A stretch of DNA of 63,288 nt, counting the filler, from Octopus bimaculoides (lineage: Eukaryota): NCBI RefSeq assembly GCF_001194135.2. It is 3 parts of 3 records of this genome, joined end to end, with 100 filler letters (N's around TTAATTAATTAA, not from the genome) between each part and the next. Parts side by side here need not be neighbours in the genome. Positions count along the whole stretch, not along the records: positions 1 to 21,634 come from NC_069001.1; 2 more parts are not named here. One strand, 5' to 3'. The notes below the pieces were generated by a model that was not told the DNA's origin, ran no database searches, and saw only the letters and a program-made list of their open reading frames with translations. Below, in pieces: positions 1 to 13,660 of the stretch (the first letter of the stretch is position 1; every line of letters starts with the position of its first letter). Made by a program: the position numbers and the translations under genes.

Positions 1-37
<37 letters not shown>

Positions 38-896
38 TTAATTTAATATATATGTTTATATGAATATAAACGTTTGTGTATATATATATATCTCAGTATA
101 AACATATGTATACATATAAGTAAGCATATATATATATTTATATGAATATGAATGCGTGTGTATGTGTATATATATATGTAAACGTGTGTGTGTGTGTGTG
201 TGTATTTATATATATATTTACATATACATATGAACACTTACTAATGATCTTTTATTTTTTACTGATCTCAGTCACTGAACTGTGGCCATGCTGGGGTGAT
301 ACTCTAAAGGATGTTTTAGTTGAACATATCAATTCCAGTACTTATTGTTTTAAGCCTGGTACTTATTTTATTATGCGACAGGGATGAAAACAGACCAATA
401 CAGTTATCAAGCAGTAGTGGAAGACTCACACACATACATATGTATGACAGGCTTCTTTCAGTTTCCATCTACCAGATGCACTCAAAAGGCCTTAGTTGTC
501 CCAGGGCTGTAGTAAAATACACTTCTGCAAGTTATCATGCAATAGGACTGAATATAAAGCAACATGGTTGGAAAGCAAGCTTTTTAACGGCATAGCCATG
601 CTTGTACCTATATATGGACACTAAATCATGATCATAATTCATATAAATAAATAAATGCATGTGTGTGTATGCAAATGTACATATGTGTGTGCATATGTAT
701 ACACATGGTGTGTGTAATTATGAGAAAACAGCAGAAACCAAAACCATGTCATAGAATAATTTAACTGGTTGACAAATTTCTTTTCTGAATGTAACCCAGA
801 TATAAAACAGGGCCATGCATTTTGTCATATAAGAAGGTGAACAGGATATGGAACTGAATCAAAAGGAATTTAAATGACACATGCCTTTGTGACGGT

Positions 897-911
897 AGGT
901 CATCATGACCT
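897..911. promoter_or_regulatory. Perfect inverted-repeat-3 nuclear receptor element AGGTCA-tca-TGACCT (consensus ERE)
   Basis: Exact 12/12 match read directly from the sequence, in apparently unique DNA. Function untested. Confidence 0.45.
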
Positions 912-1262
912 TGGACAAAGCAAAAAAGCTAGCTTAGTTTGCATATGAAAAACTGGGGTTGGGGGGGAAGAGAAAAATGGAAAATAAATAAACAGTGGTA
1001 ATAGTTTTATGGTAGAGATTATAGTGGTGGTAAGTGTATAGTTAAAGTGAAGGTGCTGGTAATGGAATGTCATGCAATTTTAAATAGAATAGCAATAACA
1101 CAAACTTCCTAATAACATAACCAATTTATTTCTTTCTTTGTCTGTCTGTCAAGATCTCTCCCTCTCTCTAAAGCATTACACAATACCCACATGGAAAATT
1201 CAATACTTTGTCTACTCAAAATGTCTTAGGGACAATGAAATCATGGGTCCATAACCTTTGCA

Positions 1263-1298
<36 letters not shown>

Positions 1299-1713
1299 AT
1301 TCTTAAGTTGGCACTGCTACCTGCAATAGACTGACAGACTAATTGTTCAATGAGATGAATTTCTCAATATAATACTGCAAAGCCTAAAGCTAGACATTAC
1401 AATGTTCTTGTGATGTGTTGTGGCTGGGGAACATAGGAACAACTAGGCTCACAGAGTCTATAATTTGACATACAGATAGCATTGTTCAAAGTTTGCTTTC
1501 ATCACAAGATGAATAAATACTTGATGATATTCAAAATGCCCATGTTTTATATCCAGCAGCTTGGTAATCATTGAAAAGGCCCATTTAGGAATAGCAGCCA
1601 GAAATCTATGATACTAATATCCAGTTTCACAAGTTCAAAACTGACCACATATTAACATTTAGGTCCATGGAAGTATAAGAAAACGAATGTATGTTTGTGT
1701 GTATGTATATATA

Positions 1714-1900
1714 CTAGACTACCCGCAACAGAGTTTCGTTTCGTAGGTTTTTTTTCTTTTCCATGTTATTTCACATGCTTTCAACGAATGTGACACCAAA
1801 ATCATGCGTAAACAGCTCCTTTCCCCAGAAAAGGTAGGATTTGGCTGCTATTTCTTGCACGTCCTGCTAACACATAACAGGTATTTTGGGTCTTTTATCG
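1714..1900 (-). mobile_element. Possible Helitron 3'-end fragment
   Basis: A|CTAG-ACTACCCG directly after a TA run on the plus strand. Hairpin degenerate. Confidence 0.35.
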
Positions 1901-3840
1901 CAAATAGCTATTACGTGGTGGTAGGGAGTGCTAAAAGTAGCAGCCAAATCTCTGGATTGTATAATCACACACACCCCAATGACACAATTACATAAGAATG
2001 TAACAATATCATGCTATATGTGATTTAAGAAGCTGTTATTGTGCACGAGGCCTCAATATAACATACATCTATATTCAAAGAATAACAAAATGTTACAAGG
2101 ATATGGTGTGATTTGTTTGCAGTGTAGAAAATTTCATAACTGCATAGAAAAGCATACAGTTGCAAAGACAAAATTCTTCATAAGACATCTTGAAGGCATG
2201 ATCTTTTAAAAAGAGTGAGCCAATTACAAAAGAAGTGTGCAATGTGTCTCTTTCAATGCATGGATCATGGTTGTACATTGTAGATAAGACATGTAACCCA
2301 ATATAAACAGCATTCTGAAAAGATCTAGCTTCCACTTAAAGGGGACAATCCTGAATAATATGGCTGCAGTTCCTGTCAGCACAACAACAGCATGGCCAGT
2401 CTGTTGTTATTCTTTTTGGAATATCTTATCCTTCCCCAACCATCTCCTTTACACACACATACACACGTGCGCACATACATACATGCGCACATGCACATGC
2501 ATGCACACTCCTTTTGTAACAATGTTTGCAGTGTTGAAATGGCTGCAAGCATTGTCAACATCCCAACTAGCAGCAGTTGCATTGTTTCTGGCAGCTGCAT
2601 TGGCTGTTGGCGGATGTTAGGTGCGTGGTGGCAGCAGAGCAATGAAGAGGAGGGGAAAGGGAGCTGTGTTGAGCAATTGGGCTTAGCAGTAGCCAATTAC
2701 CAGTTGCTATGACAACAGTAAAAGTCACCATAACTAGCTAGGACTAGTGGTTGGCAAACAGCGATGAATGGCACATATTGCATCATTTCAAGTATAACAC
2801 TACCACCACAGTATACCGCAATAGATAATGAGAAATAGCAATAAACCAGCACCTCTTCAAGAAACTGTGGCATATTCTGTGCCATGGCAATAAACACTGC
2901 AAAATTCCAAAGTTGGGTGAGGGAGGGAAAAGAAGATGCAATAAAATAATGAATTTTGTTTCCAGCGTGTAATGAGGAGTAAATATAGAAAATCAAATCT
3001 ATTGATTCATTATTCCACTGCTGACCCCAGCACAATTTGAACTTAGAAATCAGAAACAATATTTTAGCAAACTATATATCTGCCATGACAAATTCTTTGG
3101 TGAAGCATTATTGTCTGTACCAAATCCACCACTCTAATAATAGTAGTTTCTACAAAATAATAACAAGAAGAAGAATACTTTTTACTATAAGCTCAAGGCC
3201 TGAAAGTTTAGGGCAGAGGCATGTCAAGTACATCAACCCCTGTGCTCAAGTGGTACTTATTTTCATGGACCTTGAAAGGATGTAAGGCAAAGTCAACCTT
3301 GGAACTGAGGAAATAACAACAAGTGAAATGCTACTAAGCATTTTGTCTGGTGTACCAACAATTCTGCCAGCTCGCCACCTGAATAATAATAATCCTTTCT
3401 TTTATAAGAACAATGTCTGAAATTTTGAAGGAGGAAGCTAACTGATTACTTCAACCCCTGTGCTTGGCTGGTACTTATTTCATCAACCCCGAAAGGATGA
3501 ATGGCAAATAACCTCGGCAGGATTTGGACTCAGAAGGCATAATGTAAAGAAGGAGGAAATGTCACAAATCATTTTGTCTGACACACTAATGATTGTGTCA
3601 GCTTGCTACCTTAGTAATAATAATAAAATAACAACAACAATGATGATGATTTCTAATATAGGTTTATGGTATAGTCATTTATGTCAACCCCACTACAAGA
3701 TTTGAGCTCAGAATGTATAGTCATAAGTAAATATATTAAGATATTTTGTCCAACACACCAACAATTCTACTGATTTCACCACCCTAATAAAGTTCCAAAA
3801 TAATGATGATGATGCTGATAATAATAATAATAATTGCCCA

Positions 3841-4395
3841 GTTGCAGTACCAGGTAGTGGCTCTCATGGCTTCTGATCTTAACTGATTGGAAGTGTTATC
3901 ATGTACATTGTTTTCGCTTGGTATAAAAAGATTGTTATAACAAATATTCTGTTCGATAAAACAGATTTGCTTGTCAGTTGTTTGACCTTAACCAGCTGAG
4001 CATGTCCCTTAGTGACTGACAATATGTGCATCTCTGATCACAAGCAGAAGTAGTTGGGGAGCTTCATAGCTAAGTATTCTGAGGAATTCTTTGAGGTTCG
4101 GATAATTCACCTTTGGAAACATGGGTGTGTTGTTCAACATCCTTAAACAACCCTTATTCAGGGACCATTTGAGTGGGATGGGCTACTCAACCTGAAGAAA
4201 ACCCTAACTGGGCCCCACCTCCAAGGTCATGCACTGTTTATTTTGATATGAGATCACCATGTCGTGCACATATGGTTGTGATGCATGTGTACCCTTATCA
4301 GACAGGTAGTCATGCTGGATATACTGGGCTTCGTATATTTTACCCGAGTGTCACTTTGATGGCATGCACTACTCTCTCACTCAATAATAATAATG
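3841..4395 (+). mobile_element. Interspersed repeat ending in an (AAT)n tail, probably the 3' end of a non-LTR retroelement
   Basis: Ends in ctctcactcAATAATAATAAT. Recognised from memory as a common Octopus repeat; family not assigned. Confidence 0.5.
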
Positions 4396-7356
4396 ACTTC
4401 TAATACTGACACAAAGTTACACATTTTTTGGAGTTGGGAAGAGGGAAGGATATAGTTGATTAATTTCATACTAATATACTACTGATACCTAATTTATGAA
4501 CCTGCAGGATGAAGGGCAAGAGCAACCTTGAAATGATATGAACTCAAAACAGAGAGACAAAATGATAAAATTTAATGCATTTCAAAGAAAGTGTGTAGGA
4601 GATCATACTACTCATATATCTCTTGAAAGCGTAAGCAAAGTTACTGTTTTCACTAGTATTCTGAAAATACTACAAAATCTCCAATGAATTCATTTTTGAA
4701 AGAGTGATTCTCGGGTGAAAATATTCAACATTTTCTCATTCAAATTTATTTGCATGTTTGTTTATCAACAACAACAACAAAAAAGACAAATATAAAAAAA
4801 AAAATGCTACCAGTAACACAGTAGACTAGAAATAATCATACACTATGCCAAGCCTGTGACCTGGTTTCAATACCAGATCTATTGTGAATGTCCTTGGAAA
4901 AGGCATTAACATCATAACAATCAATTTCACCCTTTCTAAAACTTCCAGCCTTTTATACTTATGTAAGAAATAATTACTTGGCACAGTCAATAGCAAGTTT
5001 TATTAGATGTTTTTCTATTATCTGGTTTATTGCTTTATTATTGTGCTGACTAGAGTCAACTTTGCTGTCTATTTTTTCAGAGTCAATAGCAGCATTGTGT
5101 AGGAAGCAGTAATTTCTCTCTGCTAGCTGACAATGTGAATTCACTTTGGTTTCTAATTGAAGCAAACTTACTTCACAGAAGACGTTTATACCCTTCAGAT
5201 ATACATGAATATTATACAATCTCTTTCCTTATCTTATAAAATGTCATCATACTGAAGGGAAGTTGAAATTAATTATATCAACCAATTATTATCTTCCCCA
5301 TAACATGTTACATATTCATTGTTGCTACTGTTGTTCTGGGAGAAAACGAATGGTCATCTTTACAAGTTGTTTCCTCCCAGAATATTTTACTGTATTTGCC
5401 TGAATTTGTTGGCTCCAAGATCAAATCCTTCCTTACATCCCTCTACATAAAAATATACCAACAAAAGAAAGCATTCTTCCTGAACAAACTTAGCCTTATG
5501 CCTTCTCCAAAAAAAAATACTTATTATTATTGTTGCTTTTGTTGTTGGTTGATACACCTAAAACAATGAAACAGCTATCAGTTACATGCAACCTGGACGT
5601 CTTATGCCAGATTTGTACTGCTTTCATAATCACAAGCTTTGAAATAATCCTCCAATTGGCTATAACAATCAAGCTTCTTTCAACAAAACTGAGGTACAAT
5701 TGCTGCACATATAAGGAGAATCAAATGTTAAATCACTACTACCATGTCTCTCTACCAATGTCATAGGAAACAATCTTGAAACACTCCATTTCTTCTCTTT
5801 ATATGAAGAGAAACAGTCTTGCAAGACTTTCCTCTTCTCCTTACACATGGAGAGAAACAATTTGGTATTACTCCACCCTTATCATTAGGAACAATTATGA
5901 ATGTCAACAAATGTTGATGGTAACGCATAGCAACTATATGTCTTTAAGAAAATAGTAAAAATTTCTTCCCAAAAGGATTTTCTCTTCAGGAGCAGAAAAT
6001 ACTTCTGCATTGATCTGATACTAACACTTATGGAGCAGAATTCATACATACCAGGGACAGTGCTGCTGCAATATACACAAATAACCAAGACACACACACA
6101 TAACCAAGACACACACACTAGGTGTGCTGAGTACTGCCAGCATATCTAGGACATTGATGCTGCGTAAAGATCTTAGACACATAATAAAGTACTTCTGACA
6201 TACCTGACAATGCTACTACTGCACACACAAGCATCCTAAATTGTACAAAAACTGTGAACAAACAAAAGGGCTCTATATAGTTGCTTGACTTACTAGAAAT
6301 AGTAACATAGTCACCTCAAAATCATCCTTAAAACATCTTGTTCTAGATATACAAGATAACAGGATGATCATAGCTGGAATACCTTAGATCACAGGTCTGC
6401 TCAATCAAAAGTTAAACAACTACAAATATTGTGAACAAAAAAACTAGCAGATTGACAAAAATTCACTGATCAACATACTACAACTGCTGTTGTGTTTTCT
6501 CTCGTGGTCTCCTCTACAGCTATTACAATGGCTTCTAATCTTTTGACCTAACAATCAGTATATAACCTCAACCCAAACTTACATGACATACCTGCTTTCT
6601 TACTTGTCATTCCTACTTTGTCTTACACACTGAATTCTACATTTAACACTCAGTCTTACTTACACACAACTACAGTTCTCTGGAATTTCATCCATACCAA
6701 GATTTTTACCCACTGTTACTAAGGTTACCTAGGCTAAACAATAACCTGCAGATGTTCAAACTAAATATCAGCCACATCAATCCCATGAGCATTGGTAGTA
6801 GGAGCTCTCTTCTCTCATTGTTTGACTAATTAACATTTTTATTATTATCTTAAAGGGTAGTGGACAAACAGAATTGTTAGAACTCACATAAAATGACTTG
6901 TAGTAATTGTTGTGGCCCTTTATGTTCTCAGGATTGATTTCATTGATTAACCCCTCAACATACATATGCAAGTTTGTGGGTCTCCAAGAATGATTGCAAC
7001 TTGGACACTGTTTACATGATAGTTAAGCAAAGCGGTTGCAGCTGCAATAGGTTCAACCTCTTGATTAAAGCAAACTAGGCTATATATAATGACAAATAAT
7101 AATGTTTTTAATTGAAAATAGAAATATAGCTAAAAGTTACTATAATTAAACTTTAAAAACAGTAATGAATTGTATTTGTTAATTAATTAGAATCAAACAC
7201 ATCTGGGATATACAACTCCGAAAGGTTGTCAAAAATATAGATCACCTACATTTCAGTCAGTACATAAAAGAAGCAATGCAGACACTTGAGGTGTACTTAG
7301 TAACTACCAACACATCAGACACCTTAAACTTGCACTTTCTGACTGCGAATAAACAG

Positions 7357-7392
<36 letters not shown>

Positions 7393-7705
7393 GCAGTACT
7401 AAAAATGCTAAGAGAGAAAATTTGTTATTTGTCTTATGACTTGCTAAGGGTTGACTTATTCTTCTGTCTGATTAATTATGCATTAGAGTCAATATACTTT
7501 CTCTATTATACTAGAGCAGCTGGAATGGTAGAGAGAGAGAAAGTGAGGTGTTGGAGAAGGAAATAACAGTGGCGGTGATGGCAGTGGGAGTGGTGCAGAT
7601 AGTTGTGATTGTTATTTTGACTGTGGCAGTCCTGGCTATAAAAGTAATAGTAGCAGTATTTTATAATGATGGTGGTGGTGAAGATGGTTGTTTTGGCAAT
7701 GATGA

Positions 7706-7706
7706 C

Positions 7707-7747
<41 letters not shown>

Positions 7748-8010
7748 CAGCAGCAGCTTGTCAGATTTATAACAAGTTGGTCATTTTGTTAGTGATAATA
7801 CAAAAGATGATGTTGACAGGGATAAGAAAGATTGTGGTGGTGAAGAAGAAGAAAGCAAGAAGAAGAAGAAAGCAAGAAGAAGAAGAAAGCAAGAAGAAGA
7901 AGAAAGCAAGAAGAAGAAGAAGAAAGCAAGAAGAAGAAGAAAGCAAGAAGAAGAAGAAAGCAAGAAGAAGAAGAAGAAGAAGAAGAAGAAACAACAACAA
8001 CAACAGTAGC
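7706..8010. repeat. Compound repeat tract: (AGT)n, (AGC)n, an AAGAAGAAGAAAGC-type minisatellite, (AAG)n and (AAC)n
   Basis: Directly visible. Accounts for several low-complexity ORFs in the track. Confidence 0.95.
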
Positions 8011-9601
8011 AACGGTTTATTGTTATGGCGACAATGACAGCAGAAGTAGTACTGACCACTATCATGGTGGTGATAGCAGCTTATGATGTCAGTGATGGTG
8101 TTAGATGTTGCGCAAGGTAATGATAGTGGCTACTATATTAATGATGGTGGTGGAGGTGATGGGAGTTGTAATAGTGGATGTGGGTGTTAGTAGTAGTAAT
8201 CATTTACTTTGGCCTAAGATCAAGAGAAGGGGAAGGATAGAAGATGTGGCATTCGTTGTTGCATAATGAGCTTTACAAGATAATGAACTGTAGTAGTAAT
8301 GGTGCTGGTGGGGAAGGTAGTGACTATTGAGGAATTTTCATCCGCAGTCAGCCAAATCAACAGAGAAAGAACTCTTCCACCTGCCATCAGCACCGTTGTT
8401 GCTCTTGGAAACAATTTCAGCGTAAACATGCTTACACAGAATCAGTAGCATTAATATCAATGTGTTATAATTCCTTTCTCCCTGATGTGTGCATGTGGCA
8501 TGTGCATGCATTGACACACACACACACACACATTAGAATTGTTAGAATTGAAGTAAGCTCCTAGCAATTAGGGGTTAGTGACCCACTTTTGATCTTCATA
8601 CTGCCCAGTTCACACAATTTACGGGCTTTTGCTTCCCAAAAATACATGAGCATCACTACACCCAAAACCCTACAAGAATTCAGAAAATATGTTACAAAGC
8701 AAGAAATTTTAAATATATATTATTCCTCCTTTATTTATCCTTACATGCGCGCACGCACACACACATACACGCCACTCTTCCTTAAACACGCATCATCATT
8801 GTTTTATGTTTGCTTCCCATACTAGCATGGTTTTAATAGTGTGTGTGTGTGTGTGTGTGTGTACTGACACTAAAGGTGTTTATAATGTAAAAAATTATAA
8901 CAAATCTAAAAATCTAATGAAATCCCAATTTTGGGGAAATGAAAACAATGCAGTTAGGAAAAGACTACTTGCAGTTACTATAAACTATGTGTATCAAGGC
9001 TACAAAAAATATTCTCATGCGTGCAGCCTATATCCTAAGAAGAACACTATCAACTTGAGAATATTTGAATTTTTTTTTTTTAATCTTCCAAAATTGTAAA
9101 TATCACAACAAACTTTTAACAGAATTTTAATGCTCAGTGTTGGGTTGCCTTCCTTGAAATATGTGATTGCTCCTCATAAATAACGTCTACAGTAAAAAGT
9201 CTAACTTGCTGTGTCTTGAGGTCTCTGGTGGAGACTTCGAACAGCTGATGTAAAACAAAGCAACAACAACAATGAAAATATTCAACCCCTGAAAGGATGA
9301 AAGGCAAAGTTGACCTTGACAAGATTTGAACTCAGAACATAAAAAAACCAACAAATACTGCAAAGAATTTTTTTTTTCTGATGCTGTAACATTTCTACCA
9401 CCCCACTCAGTAATATAAATTATTTGACAGGATGGTTGAGTCAATTACAATGACTCCAGTACTGGTACTTACTTTATCAATCTCAAAAAGATGAAAGGCC
9501 AAGTTGGCCTTGAGATTTCAACTCAGAACTCAGAACATAAAGAGCCAGAAGAAATACCACTAAGAATTGTCCAACATGCCAATAATTCTGCCAATTCACC
9601 C

Positions 9602-9636
<35 letters not shown>

Positions 9637-9734
9637 TAATAACAATATTAATGATAATGCCAGCAGTTTTGAGAAGACAGGGTTAGTTTATAACATCAAT
9701 CTCAGCTGCTGTAGACAAAAAGGATGCAACTTAC

Positions 9735-9842
9735 ATGACTTTTATTTCTCTTGTATAATTTTCCAGATGTAAACAAAATCGTATTTGTCTCACTTTCAAA
9801 GAGAGAAGCAAGTCTTACTAGCAGCACTTCAAATGTGCCAGC
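9735..9842 (-). CDS. E75: E75 LBD exon, helix 5 and beta-turn: AGTFEVLLVRLASLFESETNTILFTSGKLYKRNKSH
   Basis: Acceptor ttttttcag, donor gtaagt. 108 nt, phase 0 at both ends. TLLK|AGTFEVLLVR matches the Rev-erb/E75 consensus. Confidence 0.93.
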
Positions 9843-11211
9843 CTGAAAAAAAGTTCAAGAGATATATGAAGCTATATTTATATAATGGAAGTATATACAA
9901 AAGTAATAAGAACAATTGATAGTAATTAAATTTTTGATATCAATATCCTAAAGTACAGACAACAATAATACATGCAATAATTAAGAATAACATTTAATGA
10001 CAATTTAAGTTTTGAGGGAATAGATTTTTTTAAAAAAAGCAATACTCAAAGCTTATGAACCACTATGAAAAAAACATATTTATCGGGCAATCAGAAATGT
10101 ACTTAGTCTCTATGTTTAAAATTTACTGTCATAGACTTAAAAACTATCAAATAATCAATCTATTGAATTTCCACAGATTCCTTGCATCTAATTCAAATTG
10201 GTTTTATTGTTAATATGTTAATTCAGCTTAAGCCATTTAGTGGAAAGTGAAAGTTAATAACATAGAGTAGCCCACAGACCCAACACTTTTCATGGCAGTT
10301 TGTATCAGACTTTTTCATAGATATATACTGCTTGTTTTAAAATCAGAAAAAAGCTGATGGGGAACATTAAACATGTACAGTCAAACACAACAAATCAATT
10401 TTCCTTCTGAGTTATATATTTGAGTTAAAATCCCTACACAACAGTCAAATACACATTACATTACAACCACGATAACCTTAACTCAACCTTAACAAATACT
10501 GCTGACTCCCACACAAAATAAACCTTTTATTTCTTTTTGTTACAGAGAAGTGAGCACTTGATTGAAAAAGATCTGGTTTAAGTTCTGGCTGGAGCCATGT
10601 GCCTTCACTTATATTAAATGATTGGTACAGTCAGCACAGGGTCATATATCTGATATCTGGAGGAAGAGTGTAATCTATTTAACCAACATCAATATTGGAT
10701 GGCAAAACAATCTACCACTGAATTTAAACACTACCAGCTAGCTGGCTTTAGTAAAGTTCATTCTGTAGCAAGAATTCAGGCCAGATCTTTGGATTGAGTG
10801 TAACTTCCCTCCCTGCTACCAAAATCAACATCCTGACAAAAAGTTCACATGTGCTACCCTTTCTTTTTGGGGGTTATGTGGAGACAAAAAACATACTTCA
10901 CTAGTGCTTTATTTTATCAACCCTGGAAGGATAAAAGGTAAAGTCAACTGAAGCCAAAACCTAAAAAAAAAAATCACATCTTACCCCCTTTAAGAAAATA
11001 AAAAACACAAATATGCTATTGTAGTTACATTATACCGGAAAAATATTCAAACAGGTTGATCATGGCTGGATTTTCTTTACCTAAAGCTAAGCTAGTTTTA
11101 ATCTATATAAGGTGTTAAAAATTCTCGGAAGATTCATTCAAATATCCAACCTGATTCAAAAACATTAAAATACCATACAGATGAAGACAACTTTTTTAAA
11201 ATTGAACATAC

Positions 11212-11379
11212 CTTTAGCAGTGTTATTTTGTCATCTTTGCAAAGGAGTGAAAATGCAGGTATAAACTGTGCAAAGTCTGTGATGGCTGTTACCACAGGGG
11301 CACAATTGTCAGACATGTTTTTGAATGACTGGTTGTCATTATTTAACCGCAGAAAAGAGTTTGGATCAACAGGGCATGC
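11212..11379 (-). CDS. E75: E75 LBD exon, Cys-Pro motif through helices 3-4: ACPVDPNSF...ITDFAQFIPAFSLLCKDDKITLLK
   Basis: Acceptor tcttttctctag, donor gtatgt. 168 nt, phase 0 at both ends. Contains the nuclear receptor signature F(AK)xIPxF...DD..TLLK. Overlaps ORF 11134-11316. Confidence 0.93.
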
Positions 11380-12573
11380 CTAGAGAAAAGATGAAGAAAA
11401 GATTTAAACTATCAATGCAAATAGTTATAGTAACATTCAATAAACATGTATCCACAAACATTGATGTATCTAGTATTAGATAAGATAGTGAGGTTTTTTT
11501 ATGGTTTATTTGCTTTTAATTTTATTTGTCCATCTGAATCAACATCATATTCATCCCAGCATAGCAAAACAAATGTAAAACTACTGTTTCTGTTACTAAT
11601 AATGATGATGAAAGGAGAGTTAGGACTAAATAACTAAGCAATAGACAAATTAATAATAACATTCTTTCCTAGACATAGTTCCAGTGGAACATCCCATTTG
11701 CAGTCAAACTAATATTTGTACACATATAAATAATACCGTCAAAAATATGTGCCATAAAATGAAGCATTTAATCCTCTTGGAAAAATCTAAAATATCTCTA
11801 ATCACACCCACAACATGTACATGTAATACCTTAATACCAAATCTCCAAACAAAATTACAATTTATTTAATTACTGCTTCATTGTTATAACAATCAAAAGC
11901 TACCACTTGAGTAAGAAAAAGTGCAAAACTGACAAAAAAATAATTGAAAACTTATAAATGTAACTGCATCATTCTTGTAAAACTTTTTTTTTTTTTGACA
12001 GATTACATTTACTTATTTCCATCTCTTTGAAACCATTTACAGTTTTATGTTGTTTTATGGCAGTTTTCTTATTATTTGTGGAAATTCTGCAACAGCATTT
12101 TTCACTGATTTTCAACATTCCAGATTGTATTACACAAGCATTTTGCTGAGATATTGTAATATTTACACCACCCACAAGTGCATTAGTGTCATTACTGAAA
12201 TCAAAAAGCTACTACCAGAATGTGGATTCAGCTTGTAAAGAGCTTACTGTTATTTTCTGTGGCACTTTATTAACCTATGAGCTATTCATCCTCTATTAAG
12301 AACATGATCATACAATCATCATTTTAGTAACTCTTTGGAATTAGTAAGGAGATAGAATAATGAGATTCAAATTTTCAATTTGTTTAAGAATAATCCATAC
12401 ATATCTACAAATATACAAGAGGCTGTATGTTTCACAATCAGTGAGTCTAACCGTGAATATGATAATGTATGTGAGTGTAAAATCTACCGATGATGTAAGA
12501 TCTACTGAGTAAGCAAATGGGAGAGTTCAGTATATAAAATATGGGGGGAAAATGCTAGTAGAAATATACTTAC

Positions 12574-12815
12574 TGTTTGTTCTGGATTGCCACAATCATA
12601 GTTATTGTTTTCTTCAGCAGTTTTGCGCATTCTATACAACCGTTCACGGCAATATTCATTTGTTTTTTGGTGTGCTTTCAAAACTGACTGAATTATTTCA
12701 TCACTATTCTGTAATAAACTTTCAAACTCTGATGATGGACCTTGTGAATTCACCATCTGCATCTGTTTCATAATGCGAGCTTTTTCACTTTTTGGAACCC
12801 GACCAAATCGGACAG
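12574..12815 (-). CDS. E75: E75 C-terminal extension and hinge exon: (A)VRFGRVPKSEKARIMKQMQ...CGNPEQT
   Basis: Acceptor ttttttgtttaatag, donor gtaagt. 242 nt, phase 1 in and phase 0 out. AVRFGRVPK.EKARI is the NR1D GRIP-box region. Overlaps ORF 12502-12771. Confidence 0.95.
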
Positions 12816-13284
12816 CTATTAAACAAAAAATAGCAAAGTATAACTAGAAGTCATTAAAAAAATAATTTTACATAGTTCTCAAAGTATGAAGGATGGAAAT
12901 TTGTAGTAAATAATGTGTCGCGAAATTTCATATGTAAATGTAGTAGAGTAGCAGAACCAACTATCATTCATGAGTGAGTATGGCTTAGTGACATATACCA
13001 TACTTTCACTAATTGCTTTGGGTGTCCTTGTAGTCATGAACTGAAGCAGACACCTTCTGAACCCTCCATTCTTCCAGTGGTGCATCAGGGATGTGACTGT
13101 TGGATGGAGAGAGGGCTGTACCAGCACCCAGCTGGAACTAATTTACAGATGAGTAGACTGAAGCAGCATGAAATGAAGTACCTTACTCAAGAATACAATG
13201 CACCAGCTAGTTCAGGAATTGAACTCATGCGATTATGATTGTGAGCCAAACACCCTAACCACTACACTATGCCACACACATTCA

Positions 13285-13660
13285 TACAACTTTTTTTATC
13301 CTTTACTTGTTTCAATCATTAGACTGCAACCATGCTGGAAAACTATTTTGAAGAGTTTTAATCGAACAAGTTAAATTGAGTACTTATCTCCCTCTCTAAA
13401 CCTGGTACTTTATTGTATTCCTTTTGCCTAACTGTGAAGTTACAGGGACATAAACAAATCAATACCAGTTATCAAGTAATTGTGAGGGACAAAGACATAC
13501 ATATACAATGGGCTTCTTTCAGTTTCTGAGCACCAAATCTACTCTTAAGGTTTTGGTCATCTCAGGGCTATAGTAGAAGATGCTTGCCCAAGGTGCCATG
13601 CAGTGAGACCAAGCCTGGAATCATGCAGTTAGGAAATAAACTCCTTACCACAGCCATGCC
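13285..13660 (-). mobile_element. Old, CpG-decayed family-A SINE in an E75 intron
   Basis: Colinear with other copies, but CpG positions read TpG/CpA. A similar copy lies at about 230-605. Confidence 0.8.

Noticed and set aside
2093-2335. ORF segment KMSYEEFCLCNCMLF, faintly like nuclear receptor helix 8
   Set aside because: Similarity too weak, flanking residues do not fit NR1D, and there is no convincing donor.
2697-2900. ORF with MMQYVPFIAVCQPL, reminiscent of the GPCR DRY..A.C.PL motif
   Set aside because: No DRY, no further helices or partner exons. Sits in low-complexity intronic sequence.
9134-9250. Pyrimidine tract and AG followed by LFEVSTRDLKTQQ, as a possible E75 exon
   Set aside because: Does not match the expected next LBD segment and abuts a SINE. 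Only a vague likeness to DLRT.
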